Shown here: piece after piece, positions 50,153 to 63,972 of the stretch
How the letters are laid out: the number at the start of each line of letters is the position of its first letter
Position numbering within the stretch: position 1 is the first letter of the stretch
Assembly: GCA_000320545.1 (NCBI GenBank)
Contig: ADNK01000824.1
Location: 62,001-126,000 of the forward strand
Direction of reading: 5' to 3'
Source: Bigelowiella natans CCMP2755
Lineage: Eukaryota; Protista; Cercozoa
Length of the DNA stretch: 64,000 nucleotides
Notes under the pieces: model-generated
Databases searched by the model: none
What the model saw: only the letters and a program-made list of their open reading frames with translations
Told to the model about the DNA's origin: nothing
Made by a program: the position numbers and the translations under genes

Positions 50153-51367
50153 ATGCAACATCTCCTCCTGTCACCGTGTTCTAAGGACCGCTCTTTTCGG
50201 GTGAGTGAAGTGTTGTGCCGTACCAGAGTTTGCATCAATCATCATCGTCGTCATTTTCATCATCATCAGCACCGTACTCATCATGTGTTGCTTGGATGTG
50301 TATTCAAACATACGAGCAGCCTCCTCTTGTCGGGTTTAAGGATTTGGCTGGTATCCAAGCCGACTCTTGGCCTTGCTCGTCCACGAGGACGAGGGGGCAG
50401 AGGGTTTGGAGGCGTACGAATCACAACTCCGAACGCTCGTGATTCGACGAGCTCGTCTGATAATGAGATGGCTGGTCCGCTGCCACCACTGCTTCAAAAG
50501 CCTACGATCCCTGTTAAAAAAGGTCAGAGTGGCAGCGTCCTGCTTTAGTTGTATAGTAGATAATATTTCGCAACTTGTACGCTTCTGACTGATACCCAGG
50601 CCCATCGAGACAACCAAAGAAACTTAAAGGCCGGAAAAAATATTTGAAGGAGATGGAAGAACGAATTCGCCAACGAGAAATTGTAACTACCATTATCATT
50701 ATCTAAGAGATCCTGCGAAACAAATTCTTTCCATAATTTCCCTTTTAGAAACGCGCCCAGGGCTACATCGGCGGCAATCTTGCGATACCGTATGTAGAAG
50801 AACGACAATGATATTGTTCAACTTTTCCACCCTGCTGCTTCTAAAAAAGGATTGCTATTTTCATTATTGCAGAGAAATACGACGTAAAGTGAAGGAGAAA
50901 CGCATGAACGAGACTGAGCAGATCGAGTAATGACACCTCTACACGTCAATACAACATACCAGAGAAAGATGATTGTCTTTGTATCTTGAACGTCCCATTA
51001 TAAAAATATAATTTTATGCTTGATTCGGTTTCTTATTGTGTACTGCTCTACTGCTGCTATATATTTTCTGTTGCAGGTACTTTAAGAGTACACTGGAGGC
51101 CCTCATAGAGGTGATAAAATTAGTGCGAGAGAAAACTGTTAGCGTCAGCAATCATCGTCCTGTTGGCACTCTTTAATTTGGCTTGTCATTGCTTGTTTTC
51201 TCTTCATGTGCTTCTTTGACACACAGGAGGACCGAGCAAGAAATCCTGCAGCAATCGAGGAAATGGAAAAAAAATACGAGCGTCTCGACCAGAAATTAAA
51301 GCAGTCAAGGTAGTGTAAGCATTGTTAACTTTCCAGATCAATGTTTCCCTCAGGGTACACGCGAAAC

Positions 51368-51410
<43 letters not shown>

Positions 51411-51592
51411 TCAGGGAGGATGAAACACCTCTCGTAAAGCGTGCTTTGAAGGCGATGCACCGCGAGAGTGATGCGGAACTTAAACAAGGAAAGAAATGGC
51501 GCAAGGGGAAAGGCAAGAAATCTAAAATGAAGACAGCATCGTCGGCGAAGAAAGCTCGAACAAATTATGAACTAGGTGATGGTCTTGAGTAA
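50153..51592 (+). CDS. Hypothetical Lys/Arg-rich coiled-coil protein; start uncertain
   Basis: Phase-consistent exons ...PTIPVKK|GPSRQPKKLKGRKKYLKEMEERIRQREI|GYIGGNLAIP|EIRRKVKEKRMNETEQIE|YFKSTLEALIE|EDRARNP...|REDETPLVKRALK...GDGLE*. Confidence 0.55.
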
Positions 51593-52297
51593 TTATAAGG
51601 AATACCCAACGCCTGCTAATGTAGCAATGTGTGCAAACAATCCAAAGTAGCTGCATGCTGCTAGCATGTATTATGACTTATGCACATGCTAGCATGCTAC
51701 ACTACTGATGTTGCACTGACTACGCAGCTATCATAATCGAGTTTCAGACTGCATGTCCAATGCTAGCTAGCTAGTTAGCTAGAATACTACGCGGCGGAAT
51801 TGTTTGACATGTAATAAAACAGGATCAGGCACACATATATCGTCCATATCTAGATATCTAGATATTGTCATCCATATCTAGATGCAACCTGTCGCACATG
51901 CTAGTATGCTTTCTCGAAGTGCGAATTATTAACTTATACATGTATCGTATGATTCGTACCTGGTACGTTTGCAAAAGTGTCGTAGCTGTGCATGAGCATA
52001 CCCGCAGCGGGAGCTCATGCACACATAGCATGGTGCGCATGTAATATTGCCACTGCCGAAAACCAATTTTAGGATGATATTAGGACCTTAATAATTGTGC
52101 CATAATCTAGAGTTGTGTATGCGTCGCTTTCAAGAGCTTGTGTTCTGCGAGTGACGCTATGCGATGTATGATATGATGCAAATTCTCAACGCCATTTCAT
52201 TTCCACGCATACACATGCGTGAATACATCTCGCAAGCAACCAATCCTTCCTCGCGGGCGATACCCCTCGAATACGAGCCCGACGGAGTTTTCTATCA

Positions 52298-52783
52298 TCA
52301 TCCTTCAGCATCTTGTTGGCGATAGTAACCCCCTTGGTCCTGCCTGCCCACCGTTCCGTATGCGTTGCTACGATTCGAGGAAGCTATCATCCGCCGTACC
52401 ACAAATGCACCGAGAATGCCAACGAAGATCTAAGATGGCGTGGTAAGAAGGGGTAGGTGTTTTATAATTCAGAAAAAACAAACAAAACATAGTGATGATG
52501 CTGCCTGCCCATCTACTGCATGTGGTGGAGAACATACCACTCCAAGAACGACACCGACAGCGATGTATGTGACTTGATCGTTGTTGTTGCCGCCATTATC
52601 GTCGCCGCCGCCAGGTAACGAATTCTCCACGATAGCACCGGCGAATCCGACCCTGATAGTTGGTTGGTTAATGCTGTCTTAATCGTGACGATGATGACGA
52701 CCATGATATCAACAAAAGTAATGACAGTGATGATGATGGTGCTACTGCAATTCTGCTGATCATAGCTCGGACAGACACGCACA

Positions 52784-52824
<41 letters not shown>

Positions 52825-54692
52825 ACATTATCTTTGCCTCCTTCTCCCGCCCCTCACCCTCCTCCTATGTCACCGCATACATACCGATGGTTGTCCCAGT
52901 CGAACAGCGTGTAATACTTGCGTAGTAGCACGTCGCCGAGGATGGCAAATTGTGAGTCCCCACTACTACTCAACCCTTTGTTCGAGGTCACACACACACA
53001 CAACACACGCCATAGATTACAGCATAAATAAATGATGATTAAGATAGAATGAAGCAACGTCGTGGGACGAACGTGAGCGATTCTCTCCTGCTCCCCCCTC
53101 CACCCCCGCCTCTCATCCTCTTCTTTGTCCTCTTTTTCTTCATCATCCTCTGTTTTCCGTTCAAAAATCACGACCGACCCATTTGGTAAATGCCTTGATT
53201 CGGGGGGAGGAAGTACTCGCTGCCGCTAAGCGTCAGCACAGTATCGTTGCCCGGCGAAAAGGACTTCATTTTCCAAAAGCACATGTTCAGAATTGAATAG
53301 CACGGAATAATAGGGAGGGGGGAAAGAAGGAAATGTGATGGAAAAGTACGAGTAGATGGAACCAATAAAGAATGGATGTGTCTCTTTTTCTTCTTCTTCT
53401 TCTTCTTTTTCTTCTTCGTGTGTCATCAGCAGTATCAGCAGCAGCAGCAGCAGCAGCAGTTGTTGCAGTAGTTGTTGTATGCATACTGCTGGTCGTACCG
53501 AGGGAAAACGCACTTTGAGAACGGGAAATGCATCTAAGTTTGTGCTTCTAGGGCAAACAAAGTAACTTGTGGTCGCCTCACAAGCGCTCGCAGCTGGTAA
53601 ATCAATCAATGCCTACCGATTCATTGAGGAGGAGGATGAGGAGGAAAGGCGACGGCAAAATGGCGATTTCGGGAAGACGAGAAGAGAAGGAAAAGGGGGG
53701 GGGGGGGGGGGGGGGGAAGGGAATAACGAGAAAGGAAAAAGACCATGAGGATGCAAAACAACCAACCAGAGCAGAGCAAAAGTTGGCATTTTGGTTTAGG
53801 TAATAACATATGCACGGCAATTTATTTGTTGGCAACAACTTGGCTTTTGTCCCAACGAAATGAACGCATGAACACATGCGCATCTCATGCTAAGGAAGAT
53901 TTTGTGCATTTCATCCTCCTCCTCCAGTTATTTATTATACCTGGAACACGGCGATCAAAGCGTTTGGGGGTAGGGCAATGAGAGAGGTGCCGGAGTCGAC
54001 GATGGTGGTGAGCCCGCTGCCAGATATGGTTGCGCCAAGCGTAAACTGCGACATCGCTACTGTCCAGTATCTGAGTACCAGCAACAGCAGCAGCGGCAGT
54101 ATATTTCATGACCAAGAATTTATTTAATGATCACGAGCCTCGCGTCATCATCACCATCATCATCATTCATCATCAGTGTCAGTCATCACGTCTTCACACT
54201 TACGCGAAGGCAGTGCCCGACTGTAGATTTGTCTGAATCACGTCGGTGTATTCCACGGTCGTGTTTCTGCCAAACAATACATCAATTTAGTGCGGTCGGG
54301 GAGGGGGGGGTATTGACTACGAACTGCTGTCCATATGTATTACCCAAGGAGTTCCTCTGCGAATCTAAATGGAAAGAAACCAGGGAGCGGGAGGGAGGGG
54401 CGAGGCACAGAAATGAAGCAAAAGTAGATCAGAATACAGTACCAAACCACAACTTAACATGCAAAAAAAGAAATCGGTGCTGGGAGACGAGAGGGTTGGT
54501 TGTTGCGTATTCTCAGGGCTAGTTGTTTATGACGTCTTTATCACTATCGTGTACTAACCCTCCAAAAGTAATTTGTGATCCAGGAGCATTAGTCGTCATG
54601 TAGAAAGCATAGGAGTTGGGAAGACCAGCCTAATTCATCATCGATTGTCGATGGTGATGATGATGAGGAGGATGGTGGTTGAAATGGGCTTG

Positions 54693-54733
<41 letters not shown>

Positions 54734-55431
54734 CATCATCGGCGCTTTGCTGCAAATGAACGAAGCTCATACACAAGCTCATTCTCGAGTGCGTGATGTG
54801 TTTCATACGCGGATTGATTCTTCTATCATTTTCGTTGTCGTTTTTCTTCATCATCCTATCGCTAGCTTACTACTATTAGTAGTAGTAGTAGTCGTCCATC
54901 ATCATTTGAAATCGGTCGTCATTATTGTTGATGTCCTCCCCCTCACTACTACTATCATGCTCGACGTAGATCACCTCATCCAACCAAGTCTTAATTGGAC
55001 TGGGCGTCGAGTACTGAGCCAGTGCTGGAAATGCAAGCCCAAAGATCCCTGCATGCATGCATGTACCAAGGACAAGAAAGGAAGGAAGGGGGAGGGTTAG
55101 TATGGTGGGAGGAGCAACCACTACTGCACATTCAAGAATAAAGGCAATTTACTATTCGTATTAACAGTATCTGTTCTCAATGAAAGATGTTTTCTCTAAT
55201 TTTCTTTCTTTCTTCTTCTTTTTTTTCCTTTTTCTTCTTCTTCTTCTTTTGCCGATCGAGGAATTATTACAGACTCCAAGACTTGCTATGCTGCAGGGCT
55301 TAAACTACCCTCGTCTAGGAGTTGCTGCTGACTCGAACCCATGCTGGTAACATACCCCATCCTGTCAAATGAAGAAACGTAGCAGTATTAGCAGCAGCAG
55401 CAGCTGCAGCAATATTACAGAAAAGGTGAAA

Positions 55432-55470
<39 letters not shown>

Positions 55471-55972
55471 GATGAGTCCCAGACGGAATATAAAATGAGA
55501 ATAATGATGGAAAACGCAATGGTACTGCACAGATAGTCTTTGGCCCGTGATACCACAGTACATGTCGCACGAATATCAACTAATTGCCTTCCAATATTTA
55601 TTCCCGTCGTCATCATCGTCACCGCCATCACCATCTCGCCCTACTCTTCATGCGAACTAACTCTTCTTACTGACTTGATTGTGCTCGTCGTAGTGCTGCT
55701 GCCGAGGGTGAACACGTCCTGGAAAGTATATCCGTACCTGTGCGAGCAGGGATGATGGTGATGATGACGATCATGGTGGTAGAGAGAAATGAAAAAGAAA
55801 GCAGCAAAAGCAATATGCTCGCAGGGAAATGCGTATCTCCTCAGTAGATATCCGTTTTCAAACGTTCACTTCATATTCCAATGCGTTGTGTCATGCAAGC
55901 TTCTCCAACATTTAACATACACAGGGCCGCTGCCGTAATCATCCAGTTCCCGAGATGGTGGGCCTACGCGTT

Positions 55973-56009
<37 letters not shown>

Positions 56010-57066
56010 CACACACACGCACACATAGGACAGAGAGCGGGAGAGGGGAACAGAATGTCATCTCACAACTGCCCGTGCGTCGGCCATACGAGAAGAGTAT
56101 CTTATGATACAAACCACTACTCACGCACCACATCCACTGCATGCTGTAGATTCGGTAACTGAGGAAGTCTGATGTTAAGGATGTGTTAGCTAAATGAAAA
56201 GAAGAAGAAGAAGAAGAAGAAGAAGAAGATACGAAACTATGGGCTATTCAGATAGGATTAGTATATTAGTAAAATGAAACATACGATTTGGAAGCGTGCG
56301 GTGCCGCTACACGGGGAGCATCCTACGCCTAAGTAATGCGATGAGAGGACGTAGTTTGTCATTCTTCAGAACTACCCAAAAGAAGCAAGAACTGCATCGA
56401 GATGGCAGTTTCGATCCCGCCCAGTTCAATTTCTTACTCTCCCCCTTATTCCTATACTTCAAAACAAACCTGTAATCCAAAGGTCCGAGGATCCAGTATC
56501 CATTACGACACTTAGATTCTTTTTGAATCGATGGAAACGAGGGGGTCAAGACCAGAAAGTGCGACAACAATAGCAAAAATTCACTCTTCCAGGGCATGAT
56601 GGTAAAATATACCTGGGGTGGTGTACCAATGCCTACGACTGCGAGATATTCCAGGTTCTAAAAGATAAGAATTAGGCCCTTGAAATCTGATCTCCGTTCC
56701 AATTTTGTAGACATGCATTCATTCTTCGTGCTGTAATACTCTACCCTTAGTGACATTCATTGATTCGAGCATTTTCGAGGCAGTGGGTGCCTCATCCCAT
56801 CTCGATCAGTTTTAATGGGTGGCTAAATGTTTACTGAAATGAATCACTACGTTCAAATTCTCCAGTGGTAAGATATGCAGATCGAGCAGCTCGGCATTGT
56901 GCCCCTTCGACAGCAGCGTCCCGAACCTTAGCTTTGTCTTCTCTCGGGAGGGGGACGCTTCCCGTCGCGTAACGGGAACTCGAATCACGCCGTTCGTGTT
57001 GAGAGGTACCAGAAGGAGTAGAATAAAGAGCCTCACTGATGAGGCCAGATGGAGAAAGATACCCAT
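52298..57066 (-). CDS. Pepsin-like aspartic protease (A1) with signal peptide, propeptide and C-terminal membrane anchor
   Basis: MGIFLHLASSVRLFILLLLVPL signal, VIRVPVTRR, LEYLAVVGIGTPP, VVMDTGSSDLWI (first Asp), GIFGLAFP, IVDSGTSLIAL (second Asp), AILGDVLLRKYYTLFD, TM IFVGILGAFVV. Confidence 0.92.
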
Positions 57067-57799
57067 GACTAACGAATTGGGAACAAATCAAGAACGAGGA
57101 GCCAGGCAGGGTCGGAGGTAAATCTTCGGATGCTGAACCGATTTCCCGAGATTTCCCTTCTCGATTTCATGTCGCAGGAGCAAAAACCTATGCATATTTT
57201 CCAATGCTGATCGTTCCGACCGCCATGATTCCGCGAAATCCAGGACGAAAACAAGTTGAGCCAACGATGCAACCGCTAATTTCCTAGATTTCCTCGATTT
57301 GCATGCGCATTATTTTTCACAAGTGAAGAGAACAGATCTGATAATCTCTAGAGAGTCTCGGTGCAGTCAGGAGCATGCCTCGGAAAGCCCTCCTGTAACG
57401 ACCTGTAACGCTCTTCATTCCGAGACTCAAAGCTGAAATCCCGATGCGGTTTCTCATTCGAGCAGCAAGCTACATGTATCGTGGAGAGCGCCGGCGATGT
57501 CCCACAGCGACATGTCCTCGCAGAGTTTCCGTTTGTTTTTTTCGCACTTTTCCAGAGCTCTTCCGCTTACATGTTCTACTGTTCTCTTGGTTTTAGAAGC
57601 TGTAGTCGCAATTTGATAAATGTTCCGTGGAGAATCCGTGCATCGAGTTATCAATTTCAGCACCCAAATTGACTACTTTCCGTTAGATTCGCTTGCAGTA
57701 CGAACAAGATTGCCTGTATTTACGTAGAATCTACTTGTAGTGCGCTCACACTCGCCACAACAGATCCACTCCCTCGTTTATCTGCAACAACAACTTAAA

Positions 57800-59109
57800 A
57801 TGGGTTGCGGCGCAAGCAAAGTTCCAAATCCACACGGCAAGCATCCCAAAAAGGATGATGGATCGGAAAAGAAACCCAACAGGAAGCGCTACTTGAGACT
57901 TACCTATCGCTCCATGGTTGAATCAACACTGCTCCGTGCGAGCTACTGTTCCTTGCCTTATTAGACAGCTTGTTCGTCAATAATACGTCTTTTGTTCTTC
58001 GTCCTCTTAGCTCCGTCGTAACGTTGGAATAGACGATATCATCCGCAAAGCGAACATGAAGAACGATAGGCTTGATATTGCTGGAGCCCTCTGGTACTCG
58101 ATACTTCACGAGAGGATAAAGAGAATCCATTACACAAAAATATACATAACCTATACGCTAGATTTCTTGGGCATTGATTCGCTCCCCCACACAACCACGT
58201 CTATTGACGATGTGGTGCCTGTCCAATAGGTACAATGAGGAGGAAAACTCGGTTCGACAAATTCTGGAGGGCGAGCGAGATGCCGTGCGGAAGCTCTTCA
58301 ACAGTAATGTTAACCTCCACAAACACTGACTCGCACATTATGCACACAAGATCTACAAGAGAACTGCATCCACTGATACTTGGGAATTATAAACCACATG
58401 CATGAATGTTATCGTGTAAGCCATTTGCATGATAGTTGCGCAACACGTGCTCACGGCCTGTGTGTCCTTTGCTTTGAATGTTCAGCCATCTCTAAAGATC
58501 CAAGGCACTACGATATCGTTGTCGAAATTGAAGAGTAAGTAACCCGAGCAAGTCCGTTTGATCATCATTATCACTATCGTCACCGCCACCATCATCAACA
58601 CAATTTGATGGAGAGGTATTTACTCCACCCCCCATTAGGTATCCGTTGCGCCGGGCATATAAGAAGTGGGGGGGCATGGCCTTTTCAGAGTCACCGGACT
58701 TTAATGATAAAAACAAGACTCTGGGTGCTGATTTGTGCAAAGTCACCGCCCAGTAAGTTGGTGGATGCCGTTGTCACTTTACTGCAATTCCAAACTACTT
58801 ATATGGGTTGCTTATTCTCTATCTCCCTCTCTCTGCGCGTCTAGGTGTATGTGTGTATGTGTGTGTGTGTGTGTGTGTCCCACCGTTCAACACTTGAATT
58901 GCTGTATTGCTCTGTATTGCATAGGTACAAGGTGTCTCCGAAACAGCTCAAGGAATACCTGGACAATGTACTGGATGACGAGGACTATATCGATATTGGC
59001 AGGGTCTTTTACTGCCGCAATGAAGTAAGAAGTACGCATGTATTTATTTCTCATGTCGATGCATAGTCGTAATGAATACATGGGTTTGGTTAACAATAAT
59101 CAAATATAA

Positions 59110-59176
<67 letters not shown>

Positions 59177-59854
59177 GTGTGTACGTGATGCTGCCACAAG
59201 TATGCTTCTTCGCTACTACTACTACTACTACTATTGCTACTGCTACTACTGCTGCTGCTGCTGCTGCTGCTGGTGGTGGTGGTTCTACTTCTGATTTGTG
59301 TGCTTTGGACAACATCTTTATTATAAGACTGGAGAGGTTTTGGAGCGTCTCGAAGGGGATCGTGCAACTGTCGAGTAATAAGGAACATCCCATTGGCGTT
59401 TTTACCGTTTTTATCGTCGTTGTTGCAAAATATGGAAACTAGTCGAATAGTTTGGTGATCTGTGGAAAGGCATCTTTGATTTTTCCTTCCCCCTCTTCCT
59501 CATCAATGGGAAAGCAGTGGTGAAATTAATGTGGGGTGGGCTCGGGGAGAGACTGCTGCTTTATGAAATCTGTAGCTCGTGAAGCTAGGTCGTCACTAGC
59601 TCTGCGATTAGCCAGTCCAGGGAACCAAAACCCTCGACGTAGTTCCGCTCTATCCAAATGCATAGCTTGGGGAATTCAGTGTTGTAATTGTTTTGAAGGT
59701 ATTTGTTGCGTACGTATGAGACTGATCACTGGATTAAAAAACCAAGCTGGGGTGAATTCGAACAGGTGTGAAATCACTTATTTGCTTATCATATCTTTGA
59801 GCGCGCGTGAGCATACACAAACACACGCGCGCGCGCGCGCGCACGTACGCTTAG

Positions 59855-59901
<47 letters not shown>

Positions 59902-60917
59902 GACGTACAAATACTAACTGAAATGGTGTTACAAGCTCTGGCCTTCCTCCTCCTTTTCCTTGCGATTGTGTGTACTGAACAGGTCCAGAAAAGAGACTTC
60001 CACGTTTTCTCCACAAAGGATATTGCTCGTTTCGCCTCCTCCGACGACAGTGTAAAGCGAATTAAGGTACATTGGTCAGCTTAACAGAAAAGACAACACA
60101 GCAGCTCTTTCTCTTCTCCCCCCCCCACCCCCCCTCTCTCTAATGGAAATATGTTCTTGCCCACTCCAAGCCCCTGTAATTCATCGCAACTTTCAATGTG
60201 TTTCCCCCTGGTGTTCTCCGCTTCTACTGATAGTTCAATGTAGGGTACGCTCACAAGTTCCAGGCGTCTATGTACAATGGCTTTGACATTGCGACAGGAG
60301 CTATTCAGGCGGTAGTTGTAGTAGTAATAGATATTCGCGTACATGCGAGTGTGTGTGTGTGTGTGTGTGCTGTGTATGTGTGGCTTCCTGCTCTTACAGG
60401 CCTCTGCCTTCACTAGGTCGTTATGTTCCGAGAAGTAACGTCGGCGAAACATGTGGTTGATTCGACTGGTTCTGAGACAGACCTAACCCTCTTTCAGCTC
60501 GAAGAGGCGGTATGCATTTATGTAATATCATTATTTGTTCCCCACCGTGCTGCTACTGCTGCTGCTGCTGCTGTGCTCTGAGTGTCGTCAGATTGTCACC
60601 CTGAAAAGATATATGAGGATGGACGAGCGCTTACATAACCGAGCTATGTGTATTACTCGTATACGGATGCGATCATGCAGGAATACACACATACGCACGC
60701 ACATACTCGCGCGCACATTCGTATCTGTTTATGATACGCCTCATCAACGTTTCGTCTCCGTCGTCTCTGTCATTATGCGAATAATGCTGCATGTAGTGCC
60801 TGAACTCCATCCGGGCAACCCCTCAAGTCAACAATACTGCGGATAGTAAGAGGCAGCTTACCAGCGAGGTGGATACTTACTTACCGCTGCGGCCTGTATT
60901 CCTACTCTGCAATTTAA

Positions 60918-60953
<36 letters not shown>

Positions 60954-60966
60954 TAAAAAAAAAAAC

Positions 60967-61008
<42 letters not shown>

Positions 61009-61224
61009 CTAAATAAATTATATTGATGATATCGATGTAAATATAATTCTTGCAATAACTTGCTATCAGTAATATTACTACTCATCCCCCTCCTTCTGGC
61101 TTTACATTAGGCTTCCAAGAAGATGATCAAGGAGATTCCGGGAATTACGCTAGACTACGTAACACTGCTGTGCTTTTCCTTTTCCGTATCTTTTCCTTCT
61201 CTCCTCTCTTTCTTCCTCTCCCCC

Positions 61225-61264
<40 letters not shown>

Positions 61265-61300
61265 ATTTGCTCATTTACATTATAGGTACAAACAATAAAA

Positions 61301-61353
<53 letters not shown>

Positions 61354-62572
61354 GTGTGTGTGACGATAAAATGATGAGAGACCAATAGAACGTCCGATTT
61401 GGCCTTTTTGCGATTGCAGTGAAGGATAATTGTACAGCATGCAAGCGAGGGCGCAAAACTAAATTAAACGCATATTATCTACTCACACAAAAACGTCAAA
61501 CAGACTGTCATGCACCCTCCTCTCGGATTTACTGTGCGAAGAAACAAGATCTTTCAAGACGCCAAACAGGATGGTGATGAAAAGGTACTACTACCTCGAC
61601 AACCGCTTCCTCCTGCATTTATCGTATATCGCTGCTGTAGAAGGAAGAGTGATAGGACATGGTTTATGTCTCTATATATCAACATCACTATTAAGTGACA
61701 TATGCATGCTTTCATTGTGCAGACTGTGAAGATTCCGAAAGCGATAGTGATCCCAACCTCGAATACCGGTTAACCTCCTATGATGCCTGTTACATATATA
61801 CTGAATTATATATGTTCGCGTGTGCGTGCAGCATGTATAGTGGCGATCAGATATTTTCCACGCTGTACTTTCCGGACAGCCATCGATGCCTTTGTTCCGT
61901 GTTGTGCATCTCTCTGAATGGGAGAAAGGAAGAAATGGGTTGGGGGGGTCACGGAAGTGGGAAAATGCTAGCCGAATACAACTCGCATCAATACATAACA
62001 TATTCTACTGGCTCGCACTCAGAAATACGCAAACTCGTTGAGGGCAAGCAGTGCTCCCTCATCTGTATCAACGACGTCAATGTGGCTTACGAGACCTCAG
62101 CAAATATTTCAAAGGTCTCGATCACTACAATACGCACACATTTAGGACAGTATGCGTAACCGATGTGACATTCCTCGTTCGCTGCAAATACTTATCCACT
62201 GCTGCTGCAACAGTCGCGGTAGCGATTGCATCATGAAGCTTACTTTCTAGCTTTGAGAAAATGCATCTGTCCATCATCATCGTGGTTAACTGCAGCATTG
62301 CTTTGCCAACTGTAGATGCTTCGGAAGGCCTGCGAGAAGTTTCCTGTGCATCTCAAGATCAATCTCAGGTCGCATCTTTTGAAGATATCATGTCACGTGT
62401 GATAAGTACAGGTTTTGGCTGTGGAATAATAATTACAATGACACTGAGGGTTGCGGCTATTGAGTGTTAATGATATTATCGTCAAGGAATCTGTGTGAGA
62501 TTCTTACGTATCTCCATAAGTAATTTGTTGTTTAACAGAAAGGAGGAGTCAAAAGCCGAGGTGAAGAAATAA
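57800..62572 (+). CDS. N-acylated BLUF-domain photoreceptor with a second, degenerate BLUF repeat; 3' exons uncertain
   Basis: MGCGASK start. Spliced YLRLTYRSM|LRRNVGIDDIIRKANMKNDRLDIAGALW|YNEEENSVRQILEGERDAVRKLFN|TISKDPRHYDIVVEIE|EYPLRRAYKKWGGMAF carries the BLUF Tyr, Asn, Gln, DxRH, Trp and Met. Confidence 0.88.
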
Positions 62573-63423
62573 CTTATCTGAGTGTCACCTTCAAAGAAAT
62601 TTCTCATCGTGGCCAACGTTGAAACAAAAGACGGCATGTCTGCAGCAGAGAATCGGAGAGTCTAATGATTCGCGTCCTCATGGATATCTAGAAGGCTGCA
62701 AGCGTTTACTGAACATTTTAGAATTCTTCTTCTGTTCTATCTCCTAGCTTGCGACGATTCATCCAATCTGTTTAGTTTCTTCGTTGTAGTTTTGCAAATT
62801 AATCATGTGTCCACTTCCATCCTCTTCACTATGTCCTGTAACAAAACGCATTGTTGTATGACATGCATTAACAGCAATGGTTGCTATATATCAAGCGAGT
62901 AGCGGCGTGATATTAGCTAGATAGCTAGGACATAAATAGCCTATACGCAAGGTGATCGTATTGGCCGTGTTCCCTTGCGCTTTAATCATTTAGTTATTTA
63001 ATATGATGTAGAATTAATAGCTGGCACCACCATGATATATGGCATGCGCAATTCGAGACGGAGGCAATGGCAAATAATACATTATTACTTTTTATTAACA
63101 ATCGCTCTTGAGCATCTATGCGCACTATTCATTGTCCTGTATCATTTGCAGAAGATATCCGAAATAATGTACGATATAGGTACCATACGTTTTGCGCCGT
63201 ACAACTACTGCCAAATAATACGCAGCGCAATAATGATTCACGATAGTTAATGTGGTGGAAGAAAATTGCTACATCACCAAACCAAATTTGGGAATTTAAC
63301 ACATTTATTATCGACGTGCATGTTGATCATTTGCCAATGTACTGACAACGAGCCAATTTGCATTCTTGAAGCAGCTCTGATCTGGAGCTCCCCGAGTGCA
63401 CTCTATGCAGTCTGGTATGGCAT

Positions 63424-63937
63424 CTAGAAGTAACCGAATCTCGACGCTTGCAACATCAGTACTATAGTGAGCGTGGTGAGGCCTACCACCATCACCCAAA
63501 AATACAGATATCCATTCTTCCATAGTAACTCCGGCATTGCGGGGGTACCGTCTCTCTGCGAACAATAAAAGTGTCAAAGACGGACGGAGGAGGAGGGTCA
63601 GGGGCACATATATCCGTAGCGCCTCAAGCTACAGGGTGGAACGGAAGGCTTTCGAACGTGTAAATAATAACGACGATAACAACATCAGCAACAACAAGGA
63701 AGCCCCCCCCTCTCCATCATCCGACTACTCCACAAATTGACATCATTCGTTGGGGAGGGAGGAAAACACCGTTTGGAAGTTCATTCCGTAGAGCCCAGTG
63801 AGAAATTGGGCAGGGACAAAGATCGTCGTGACCACAGTGAGGAGATATAGCGTGTTGTTCATTCTATCATCCAGCTTGCTGTTGGTTGGTGATGAGCAAG
63901 ATGTTGGGAAAGTTGTTTCATTCATACGACCACACAT

Positions 63938-63972
<35 letters not shown>

